Source: a virus
Lineage: Duplodnaviria > Caudoviricetes
IMG/VR virus record: IMGVR_UViG_3300006867_000057
Coordinates: 1 to 29,304 of that record
Reading direction: 5' to 3' (one strand)
Length of the DNA: 29,304 bases
The position numbers were made by a program, and so were the translations under genes. Each line of letters begins with the position of its first letter. Positions within the stretch are counted from its first letter, which is position 1. The notes below the pieces were generated by a model. It was not told the origin of the DNA. It searched no databases and worked only from the letters and a program-made list of their open reading frames with translations. Positions 8,156 to 15,480 of this stretch are shown in pieces.

Positions 8156-9690
8156 GCCGGCGGCGCCTCGGCTTGCTGTTGCTGCATGGCAGCCTCAGCC
8201 GCCTCCTGCATCTGCGCCATCATCGCGGCGCGCTCGTCTTGCGTCGTGAGCACGCGAGCCGGCACCCCGAGACGGTCAGCAATGAACGCCAGCGTGCGCT
8301 CTTGGTCGATTGCCATAGCGCCCATTGGCCCGAGCTGCTGCGCGATTTGCGCGAACTGCAGGATGCTCTCGAGCTCCTCGCTATTCTGCGCCTTCGCGAG
8401 CGGCGAGACAGGCACGACCTTGACCGCTTGACCATCGACGCGCAGCGGCATGTCGATCAGGTTTTCCTGGTCCATAACTTTCAAGATGCGACCGACAAGC
8501 GGCAGCATGCACTCTGTCATCATGCGGCCGAACGCCGCCCCCATATTCGCCGCCAGCTCCGACATGCGCGCGCCGATTTCGGTCGCGCTGCGCGCGCTCA
8601 TGGTGTCGGGCGGGAGGCTGTCGTCGAGCAGGACGCGCTTGATAGCCAGTGTCAGATCCTGAATCACGAGCTGCGTTAGGTTCACGTCGCCAGCGCGAGG
8701 CACAGGCGCAAGGCTGGGGCCGGATGGCCCACCGTTGCGCGCGACAGGGATGATAGCGCCAGGCTCGATGTTGATATTCTGCGGGTTCAGCACTCCGTCA
8801 TCGGCGGCTGTGTACATGCCTGCAATGTTGATGCTGGCGTTTTGCAGCAGCATGCGCTTCGTCGCGTTAAGCGTTTTGATGTCGGGCAGCGCAGTGACCA
8901 GCACGCCCCGCCCCATCGTCTCGCCGGCCGCGACCATGTAGCGCGACACGATCCAGGGCGAGCTGTTCAGCTCGCGATAAACCAGCTCCTCGCGCTGGTC
9001 CGGCCAGATCAGGTGGTAGCAGTAGTAGTCCTCGTCCGGCATGTAGACTGTCGCCTCGATCAGGTCTACTTCCTCAACCGGGTTCTCGACAAGCAACTGC
9101 TGCAGACGGTCCGGCAGCACAGCGTCAGGCCACTCCTGCTGCAGAGCTTCCACCTTGATACGGTGCTTGCGGTACACGTTGTCGATCTGGCCGTGCGGAC
9201 CGGCCTCGAGCGCGACAAGAAATTGCGGCACAGCCTCAAACCGCACAGGCGTCATCTCGTCGCCTGCGGATACTTTCATCACAGCCGTGCCGACTGCCAG
9301 GTCCAGCAAGAACTCGCTCATCGCCAGGTCGAAGTTAGTGCGACGCAGGACGGCAAACATACGCTCGTTGTAAATGTCGAGCGCTACTTGCAGGTCGTCG
9401 CGCTTGTCCTCTGGGATGTCGTCGCCGGCCACGAGTCGGCACCAATTACGGTACGGCGGAAAGATTGTGCTCTGCAGGCGGTTGGCGAAGCGCTGCGTCG
9501 AGCTGATCGCCGTGCTGTCGAACACGCGATCCATCTTGCTTTGGCCTGGCGAGCGGCCCTCGTAATAGCTGTAGAGGTTGCGCTGCGGAAGCGCGAACTC
9601 GTAGCACTCCTCGTAGATCGAGCGCCACTGCTCCTTGCGCGCCTGCGCGCGCTCGTAGCGCCGCAGCAGCTGGTCTACCGGTATCGGCAT
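8152..9690 (-). CDS. Portal protein / head-tail connector (T7 gp8 / Bbp21-like)
   Basis: 512 aa; 'W..IYEECYEFALPQR', 'FDSTA', 'GE..GRG....ALPDIKTLN', 'RSATEI' and 'SPLAKAQ' motifs. Confidence 0.92.
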   Translation of the reverse strand: MPIPVDQLLRRYERAQARKEQWRSIYEECYEFALPQRNLYSYYEGRSPGQSKMDRVFDSTAISSTQRFANRLQSTIFPPYRNWCRLVAGDDIPEDKRDDLQVALDIYNERMFAVLRRTNFDLAMSEFLLDLAVGTAVMKVSAGDEMTPVRFEAVPQFLVALEAGPHGQIDNVYRKHRIKVEALQQEWPDAVLPDRLQQLLVENPVEEVDLIEATVYMPDEDYYCYHLIWPDQREELVYRELNSSPWIVSRYMVAAGETMGRGVLVTALPDIKTLNATKRMLLQNASINIAGMYTAADDGVLNPQNINIEPGAIIPVARNGGPSGPSLAPVPRAGDVNLTQLVIQDLTLAIKRVLLDDSLPPDTMSARSATEIGARMSELAANMGAAFGRMMTECMLPLVGRILKVMDQENLIDMPLRVDGQAVKVVPVSPLAKAQNSEELESILQFAQIAQQLGPMGAMAIDQERTLAFIADRLGVPARVLTTQDERAAMMAQMQEAAEAAMQQQQAEAPPA

Positions 9691-9948
9691 CTAGCCTAGG
9701 GTTGACTTGAGGCCGAGCTGCGCGTCCGCACGATCCGGCGAAAGAAGCAGCCGCATGCCAGTGCCGCCCCGCGCTCTGCGGGACGACCGACGCGCGCGGT
9801 CAGCCGCTGCCGTTTTCTGCATTTCGGTTTTCTGCTGCGCCTCAGCGCGCTGCTCTTGCTTGACGACGATCTCCTCTTGCCGCTTCTGGCTCTCGGCGAT
9901 TGCCGGATCCGGCGGCGGCGGTTTCGGTTTCTTTAGGACTGCACCCAT
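9691..9948 (-). CDS. Small pre-portal virion-associated protein
   Basis: 'MG...KPKPPPP' start, coiled coil and 'LLLS...LG' end, typical of the gene preceding podovirus portals. Confidence 0.7.
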   Translation of the reverse strand: MGAVLKKPKPPPPDPAIAESQKRQEEIVVKQEQRAEAQQKTEMQKTAAADRARRSSRRARGGTGMRLLLSPDRADAQLGLKSTLG

Positions 9949-10423
9949 CGTCGTATAGCCTCGCCATCAGGTAGTAGTCGTCGCCAGTCGGCCCGTATCG
10001 GCGCATGACGCCTTCTTCCTCGAATTTAAGCCACTCAGCAAACCGGACGGCTGACGAGAATGATACCTGCACGCTCACCTGGCACCGGTGCAGCGCCATA
10101 GCGGTACCAACCTCGTCGAAATACTGGCGCGCAATCCGAGCCACAGATACCGCGTGGGTGCCAACGTGGCGGTCGCGCAGCATCCAGGCCTCGGCGTTGC
10201 CTTTGCAGTAGACGACCAAGCCCCAAGCCGCCCACACAATCCCATCGTACAGCGCGGCGTAGGCAGGCCCGGACGCCAGCTGCGACTCGAACTGCCGCAT
10301 CATGGAGGGGTCGGCGTCGAATAAGCGCTGCTGCAGCGGGTGCAGGCGCATGCCCCGTATATGCCGCATCTCGGCCCTAACACAGATGGCACCGCGCGGC
10401 AGGCGCGGCTTGAAGCCGTCCAT
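9842..10423 (-). CDS. GNAT-fold protein (T7 gp13-like)
   Basis: 'G.AEAW', 'AVRFAEWLKFEEEGVMRRYGPTGDDYYLMAR' GNAT motif B-like C-terminus; synteny before the portal. Confidence 0.7.
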   Translation of the reverse strand: MDGFKPRLPRGAICVRAEMRHIRGMRLHPLQQRLFDADPSMMRQFESQLASGPAYAALYDGIVWAAWGLVVYCKGNAEAWMLRDRHVGTHAVSVARIARQYFDEVGTAMALHRCQVSVQVSFSSAVRFAEWLKFEEEGVMRRYGPTGDDYYLMARLYDDGCSPKETETAAAGSGNRREPEAARGDRRQARAAR

Positions 10424-10447
10424 CAGCGCGCCTCACACGCGCGGGCG

Positions 10448-10687
10448 TCAGGTTTCATCAGCCGCATCGTACTCGTAGAAAACAATCAGCTTGCTCGCGC
10501 TCAAGTGTTCGGCCTCAACCGCCCTACAGTCCGGGCACGGCAGTTCGTCGACGGCATGGACGTTCGCATTGAAGATCGCGTACCAGTGCAGCCGACACGC
10601 CCGACACCTGAGCAGCGCAACACGCGAGCCGTCGTCATGGCTGTGTTGCCGTTTCTGCGCGAATGGGACGACGCGCAGGTCACTCAT
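10448..10687 (-). CDS. Small zinc-ribbon protein, 79 aa
   Basis: CRAC...CPDC pairs; ATG at 10687 overlaps the upstream gene end. Confidence 0.6.
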   Translation of the reverse strand: MSDLRVVPFAQKRQHSHDDGSRVALLRCRACRLHWYAIFNANVHAVDELPCPDCRAVEAEHLSASKLIVFYEYDAADET

Positions 10688-11015
10688 TGGTGATCGCGAT
10701 GTTCTTCTGGTGCGCCCGCGCCATCGCAAGCAGCGGCTCTTTCCACTGGGCCCAGAACCGCAGCGCGTCCCTCCCGTCCATGGCAAAAATCTGCTCGTCG
10801 GTGAACGCGGCCCATTCCTCAGTCCGGTGCACCTGGCAGCCGATTTTGATATGGGCGTCGGTCACCATCACCGGCCATGTTGAGCCGAAGATGAAAACAG
10901 GCGGAATCGTCGCTTTCTGGTCTTGGCCGAGGTCGGCATCCGCGACGCATGTCCGATGCGACGACCCCGTGGTGAAAACGACCGCGCCGTTTGCGAGGTC
11001 AACGATCTGTCTCAT
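10680..11015 (-). CDS. Protein resembling the C-terminal domain of phage pentapeptide-repeat proteins
   Basis: 'WPV.VT...IKIGCQ.H..EEW..F.D..I..MDG.DAL.FW.QWK..LLA' motif. Confidence 0.65.
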   Translation of the reverse strand: MRQIVDLANGAVVFTTGSSHRTCVADADLGQDQKATIPPVFIFGSTWPVMVTDAHIKIGCQVHRTEEWAAFTDEQIFAMDGRDALRFWAQWKEPLLAMARAHQKNIAITNE

Positions 11016-11112
11016 CGACGCCCCACGACCTGCGGTTCATTACGTCAAACTTCGTAAACTCACTCACTCGCCCTCGCAACTGCGTTTTAGCCATGCCGCC
11101 TCGCAAAAAAGT

Positions 11113-11141
11113 TTGAAAAAGCCAACAGGGGTAGTTAAGAT
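11113..11141 (+). promoter_or_regulatory. Sigma70-type promoter, antisense to the late operon
   Basis: TTGAAA (11113-11118), 17-bp spacer, TAAGAT (11136-11141); A-tract at 11105-11110. Confidence 0.65.
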
Positions 11142-11146
11142 TTGCA

Positions 11147-11210
11147 TACCTCCACTGTAGTAATCCTCCCATACCTCGCCGGCGGCCCACAAAGTCGCCG
11201 GCGTTTTCTT
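11147..11210 (+). ncRNA. Candidate ~63-nt small RNA with anti-SD motifs
   Basis: Lies between a consensus-like promoter and an intrinsic terminator; C/U-rich 5' half with ACCUCC, UCCUCCC and CAUACCUC. Confidence 0.55.
11177..11210 (+). terminator. Rho-independent terminator (plus strand)
   Basis: CGCCGGCGGC-CCACAAA-GTCGCCGGCG 10-bp stem followed by TTTTCTT; no U-tract in the minus orientation. Confidence 0.7.
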
Positions 11211-12756
11211 AGAGCACCCGGAAATCCATTTTGGCGCGCATCGGTTGCTGCGGCCGAACGTAGGCGCCACGGACGAGACGCCTGTGCTCGCCGCCGCCCA
11301 GCAGAAGATAGCCGAAGGCGTCGCCGACATGGCTGTGCTGATCCTTATGCGGCGCATCGCGGAACCTGTCAGTACCGCCGCTAATGCCGACGCGCTTGAA
11401 GTGATAACCGCCAGCCAGTGACTTGCGCAGGCGGCGGCAATCTTGGTGCACCAGCAGGCCAGGCTTGCCGTTGACGAGGCGCTGCATCGGTGCTGCCGCG
11501 CTTTCACGCCGCACCTGGAAGTCGTTGCTGGCCGTTGGCTGCGCGTGCAGGCCCAGGCTGCGCAGGTGGTCGAAGCTCGTCACCTCGAAGATCTGGTCGC
11601 GAGCGCCGCCTGCGGGGTCGCCCCATACCTCCGGCTTGCAACCGGAAAAGCGCGTGTTCAGCTCGTAGAGAAGGTGCTGCGCAAAGCGCTCGAGGCCCAT
11701 GTCCTCCGTGACCAGCTCGTGCAAAATATGCCAGGCGCCAGCTGCAGTGCGCTGGCCGAAAACGGCTGCAGGCGTCAGACCGAAGTCGAGGCCGACGTGG
11801 ACCGACGCAGACCTGTCTACCTCGATGCTGTCAGAAACCATCGTCACGTCGTCGTACTCCGGCCAGACGGGCCGGCCCTCCTTGACGAAAACGTACTGCC
11901 CCGCGACGTAGCAGGAGATCCAGTCTAGATCCTTGCCACCCAGCTGCTGCTCGTAGTAGCCCGGCGCCAGGTTGTTGATGTTCTCGGCCTTTGGATTGAC
12001 CTGCCACCACCTGCCGGCGCCAGGGACGGCATCCGGTGCGTCAGCCTCGACCTGCACCATGCCGGCCGGCTGCTTGAAGAAAGTCCACTTGTACCGGCCG
12101 CCAATGGGCTCCTTCTCCGCCAGGCGGTACCACCAATGGTCGTCGTCCATCGGGTTCGTGTCGGCCCAGATGCCGCGCCACGGAGCGCCGCCGTTCGCCT
12201 TGGTAGGGTAGCGGCCTACACGATGCGTGAGCCCCTGGACAACAGCCAGCGGCAGTTCGCGCGCCTCGTTGATCCAAGCCCCCGTCAGCTCGAGCGACAG
12301 CAGCTTGCGCACGTCCTTCGGCTTGTCGAGCGCAAGAAAAATAACTTCGCAGTCGAGGCCAGGCACGCCGTCGCGCGGCGGCAACTGCAGGTGATGCGTG
12401 ATCGGCGGCGACCAGCGCAGCGGCCCCCAGCGGTTCTCGGGGAAAAGATCTGTCCACGTCTTGAGCGTAGTGGTGCGCAGCTCCGGATAGCTGTTGCGCA
12501 CCACAACGAAGCGGGAGTAGCGCGTGTTGTCTAGCGGGCTTGGCGGCTGTTTCGCCGCACGCAACAGCACCTCAGCGGCGCACGCGTAGCTCTTGCCGCT
12601 GCCGACCGGTCCGAGCAGGCCGCGAAAGAAGCTGTCGTCCTGCAGGAAGCGCCAGGTCGTAGCCGACTGCGAGAAGTCCAGGTCAAGGCTCTCGAGCGGA
12701 TCGGCCTCAGCAACGCGCTTGCGGCGAGGGCTGCGATCAGTATTCGACCTAGCCAC
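11209..12756 (-). CDS. terL: Terminase large subunit
   Basis: Walker A GPVGSGKS, Walker B WINEARE, 'DTNP' motif, nuclease 'GLDFGLTPA' and 'SHVGDA'; GTG start at 12756 preferred, frame open to 12774. Confidence 0.92.
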   Translation of the reverse strand: MARSNTDRSPRRKRVAEADPLESLDLDFSQSATTWRFLQDDSFFRGLLGPVGSGKSYACAAEVLLRAAKQPPSPLDNTRYSRFVVVRNSYPELRTTTLKTWTDLFPENRWGPLRWSPPITHHLQLPPRDGVPGLDCEVIFLALDKPKDVRKLLSLELTGAWINEARELPLAVVQGLTHRVGRYPTKANGGAPWRGIWADTNPMDDDHWWYRLAEKEPIGGRYKWTFFKQPAGMVQVEADAPDAVPGAGRWWQVNPKAENINNLAPGYYEQQLGGKDLDWISCYVAGQYVFVKEGRPVWPEYDDVTMVSDSIEVDRSASVHVGLDFGLTPAAVFGQRTAAGAWHILHELVTEDMGLERFAQHLLYELNTRFSGCKPEVWGDPAGGARDQIFEVTSFDHLRSLGLHAQPTASNDFQVRRESAAAPMQRLVNGKPGLLVHQDCRRLRKSLAGGYHFKRVGISGGTDRFRDAPHKDQHSHVGDAFGYLLLGGGEHRRLVRGAYVRPQQPMRAKMDFRVL

Positions 12757-12982
12757 GCCGCACCCCGATCCCATCCGCCGGCACCACTTCTAGCTCGTGG
12801 TCGAGCGCCAACAGCAGCGCCTGCACCGTAGCTACGTTAGCCGCGCGCTGGTTGAGCTCGATGCGCAAAACTGTAAGCGGGTGCACGTCAGCCTGCGCCG
12901 CCAGCTCGTTGCGGCTCCAGCCGCGCTCCTCCCGCAGCTCCCGTACCACGGCGCCGAGCCAGCTAATCGGTACTGGCGTCAT
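12749..12982 (-). CDS. XRE/Cro-family HTH protein, 77 aa
   Basis: 'VRELREERGWSRNELAAQADVHPLTVLRIE' HTH_3 signature. Confidence 0.8.
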   Translation of the reverse strand: MTPVPISWLGAVVRELREERGWSRNELAAQADVHPLTVLRIELNQRAANVATVQALLLALDHELEVVPADGIGVRRG

Positions 12983-13367
12983 CGTCCACAACCTCGTAGC
13001 CCACGACCTCCGGCCCACGCAAGTTAATGCCGATCAGAGCCGGCCTGCGGCTATCCGCCTGCGGCTCGAGCAGCTGGTGGTGCTTAGCCAGCAGGCGAAG
13101 CGCTGCGTGCTTGTCGTGCAGCTCGACCTCGATGCTGTTGCCAAATTGGTTGGGAGTGACGCGCACCTTTTTGATAGCCTTGCGCGCGCGAACATCGAGC
13201 GCATCAGACGCCAGAAACGTCACGCGCCCCAAGGCGTCCCAGCTCAGCACATCAGTGATCTCAGCCGCCGCTATCGCGCGCAGCTCGTCCAGCACCACCT
13301 GGCGCTGCGCCTCGTCGTCAGATGCCAGCGCAGCTCGCGCCTTGCGCACGGTCAGCTTGTCACTCAT
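12963..13367 (-). CDS. terS: Terminase small subunit
   Basis: 'VLDELRAIA...ITDVLSWD' and 'IEVELHDK..AL.LLAKH' oligomerisation-type motifs; upstream of terL. Confidence 0.7.
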   Translation of the reverse strand: MSDKLTVRKARAALASDDEAQRQVVLDELRAIAAAEITDVLSWDALGRVTFLASDALDVRARKAIKKVRVTPNQFGNSIEVELHDKHAALRLLAKHHQLLEPQADSRRPALIGINLRGPEVVGYEVVDDDASTD

Positions 13368-13641
13368 GCGCCAGCTCGCGCGCCAGGTCCAGGTAGGCCG
13401 CCGCGTCGCAGTAGTCATCGGGGTTGAAGCCGCCGAGCTGCGTGCGCGCAACCTTGAGCAGAGCCATCATCAGCGCCACGTCGGCTGGCGTCAGCTCTGC
13501 CCCAGGCTCGCGCCTGATGCGCAAATAGGCGTTCCACAGAGCCGCGATGTTGGCGTGGTTCAGCTCGTAGTCGCCATGCTGTTTCGCGCGGTCGCCAGTG
13601 ATGAGGCCTAGCGCTGCCTCGAGCGTGCGGCCGACCGTCAT
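13360..13641 (-). CDS. DUF6378-like protein
   Basis: 'GDR...HGD...N...IA.LW.AYL', 'DVA.MM.LLKVAR' and 'D.Y.D..AY' motifs. Confidence 0.8.
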   Translation of the reverse strand: MTVGRTLEAALGLITGDRAKQHGDYELNHANIAALWNAYLRIRREPGAELTPADVALMMALLKVARTQLGGFNPDDYCDAAAYLDLARELAHE

Positions 13642-13898
13642 AGCGGCAACAGCTCCCGGTGGCAGGCGCCGCAGTGCACGCCGCCCCCGACGCGCCGGCC
13701 CCGCGTCTGCGCGCCGCAGAAGTCGCAGGTACGATGTTGCTCCCAAAAACGCGCAACTATTTCCTGCGGCGGCCCCCCAGCAGACGCGCGGGGGCGGGGG
13801 GGCCGGGGGGCGGCCCCGGCCGCGAGCGCTCGATGGCCCCGGGCGGGGTCGTCGCGGCGGCTTTCGGGCTCGACGCCGGCGTCATCGGAGGCTTGCAT
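13638..13898 (-). CDS. Hypothetical protein with C-terminal Zn finger
   Basis: ATG at 13898 after GGGTGAGAG; CDFC...CGAC; ATGA overlap with the next gene; N-terminal half overlaps a G/C-run element. Confidence 0.5.
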   Translation of the reverse strand: MQASDDAGVEPESRRDDPARGHRALAAGAAPRPPRPRASAGGPPQEIVARFWEQHRTCDFCGAQTRGRRVGGGVHCGACHRELLPL

Positions 13899-13927
13899 AT
13901 CTCTCACCCTGGTTTGAGTTTTGTATT

Positions 13928-14593
13928 TTACAGCAAGCCTGCCCATTTCGCGACCTGCATCAGCGTCGATGGCGGCGAGCGCCGGGCCTCGAGCGCCGCC
14001 TGGCACGCCGCGATGGTGTACTCGCGGATCTCCGCTGGGCTGCGGCCGGCGACGACCAGGAGCGCGGCAGCTGCGAGCTGTGGCTCGAGGAGCCGGTGCT
14101 GGCCGGCGGCCGCAGCGCCGGCGACGAAGGCGCCAGCCACGCGTTTCTGCAACTCCGTGTCGATCCCCCGGACCCCCTCTTCGTTATCGCCAGCAGCATT
14201 GTCGTCGTCCGGCTCGGCTATCACAGCCGGCACCGGCGCGTAAATCTCCTCGCGGCTCGGCACCGGCGTCTCGGCGCCCTGGTAGAGCACCTGCCACCTC
14301 GGCGTCAGCCCGCGTCCTTTGCGCTTGATATGCCTCGGGTACGGCTTGTAGGCGAGCTTTCTGATGTAGCCCATATTCCGCAGCGCCGGCATGTAGCGCT
14401 CGACTGTTGCGCGGTGACAGCCTACATGCCGCGCCAGCGTCAGATAGCTGGGCCACGCAATGCCGGCCGCATTGGTGTGGAGGCACAACGCCGCCAGGAT
14501 CCGCAACTGCGTCAGCGTCAGCGCTTCGTCTTGCACTGCGCGCGCCGGCAGCACGGAGTAGAGCCTGGTCGCTGGCTTCTCGGCGTCACTCAT
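13928..14593 (-). CDS. Winged-HTH (HTH_36-like) replication or regulatory protein
   Basis: 'L.IL.ALC.HTN..G.AWPS..TLA...G..R.TV......L...GYI' motif. Confidence 0.75.
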   Translation of the reverse strand: MSDAEKPATRLYSVLPARAVQDEALTLTQLRILAALCLHTNAAGIAWPSYLTLARHVGCHRATVERYMPALRNMGYIRKLAYKPYPRHIKRKGRGLTPRWQVLYQGAETPVPSREEIYAPVPAVIAEPDDDNAAGDNEEGVRGIDTELQKRVAGAFVAGAAAAGQHRLLEPQLAAAALLVVAGRSPAEIREYTIAACQAALEARRSPPSTLMQVAKWAGLL

Positions 14594-14738
14594 CGGCTAG
14601 CACCTCGCCGGAGCCCAGGCACACGTCGCACTCGACGCGCTCATCCCGCGTCTCACTAACGCGGAACAGCACATAGCCGCGACCGGCGCACTCGCTGCAT
14701 GCCTCATAGCCTGCCGGCTCCTCAGAACGGTATGTCAT
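14586..14738 (-). CDS. Small DnaJ-type Zn-finger protein, 50 aa
   Basis: CSECAGRG and CDVCLGSG (two CxxCxGxG); overlaps both neighbours. Confidence 0.7.
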   Translation of the reverse strand: MTYRSEEPAGYEACSECAGRGYVLFRVSETRDERVECDVCLGSGEVLADE

Positions 14739-15225
14739 CAGATGGCAACTCGCGGACGCGATGCCCTTCCGGGCCGGGTGAACCAAACACCTTGAATGTC
14801 TCGAGCACGATTGCAGGCAGGTGCTGGATCGCCGTGTCCACATGCACGCGGACAGCGCCCTCTGGCAGGTCTGGCAGGCTGGCACCTGGCTGGTACAGAG
14901 CCACCGCAAAGCCATCCGGGTGCATACCGACGAACACCGCCTCGCCAGGCGGCAGCTGCCCCGTGCCCCGCGCGGCCGCGTCGAGGGCTATCCATGCGCG
15001 CCGCATGCCGCCGGCCGCCGCGCTGATGCCGGCCTGGTCGCCCGCCGCCAGTGCAGCGTTCAGCCGCTCGAGCTGCTGGTTGAACTTGGCGGCCAGATCT
15101 TGTCCTGCCGCGAGGCACAGCCTGTCAGCCGTGCCCCAGGCCGTCTCGATGCGATGCGCTACCCGGTCTAGCTCACGCACCGCGACCTCAGCCGGCGGCG
15201 CAAATGGATCTTCATCTTGCCTCAT
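14722..15225 (-). CDS. Hypothetical replication-module protein ending in DDIPF
   Basis: 'LD.VA..IE..WG..DRL' motif; follows the primase-helicase; ATG at 15225 preferred. Confidence 0.7.
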   Translation of the reverse strand: MRQDEDPFAPPAEVAVRELDRVAHRIETAWGTADRLCLAAGQDLAAKFNQQLERLNAALAAGDQAGISAAAGGMRRAWIALDAAARGTGQLPPGEAVFVGMHPDGFAVALYQPGASLPDLPEGAVRVHVDTAIQHLPAIVLETFKVFGSPGPEGHRVRELPSDDIPF

Positions 15226-15248
15226 ATGCTTACCCCACAGACAAAACG

Positions 15249-15480
15249 CGGACAGGGCTCCGGACAAGCGGACAACCCCCTAGAGGGGGTTTGTCCGTCC
15301 GCTTTTCCGCAGCTAGCCGTGCTTGTCCGCCCGCTTCTGTTGCTTCTGCTAAAACCCATGTTTTCTGCGGCTTTCAGCCCGGCGGACATGTCCGGACACA
15401 CCCCTAAAACTTGTCCGCAGCGCCTCATTCGGCACCCCTGCCGGACAACCCTCCGGACAACCCTCCGGACAACTGTCCGG
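15249..15480. repeat. CGGACA iteron cluster, probable replication origin
   Basis: 13 copies of CGGACA/TGTCCG in ~230 bp; dyad at 15269-15297; 12-bp tandem repeat at 15441-15473. Confidence 0.75.

Noticed and set aside
9842-9948. Frameshift or pseudogene in the GNAT gene (107-nt overlap with the next ORF)
   Set aside because: The GNAT domain is complete before the overlap; a simple C-terminal extension explains it.
10999-11190. 63-aa and 27-aa minus-strand ORFs in the post-terL gap
   Set aside because: No recognisable motifs and poor SD spacing; the plus-strand promoter and terminator explain the region better, though a short peptide is not excluded.
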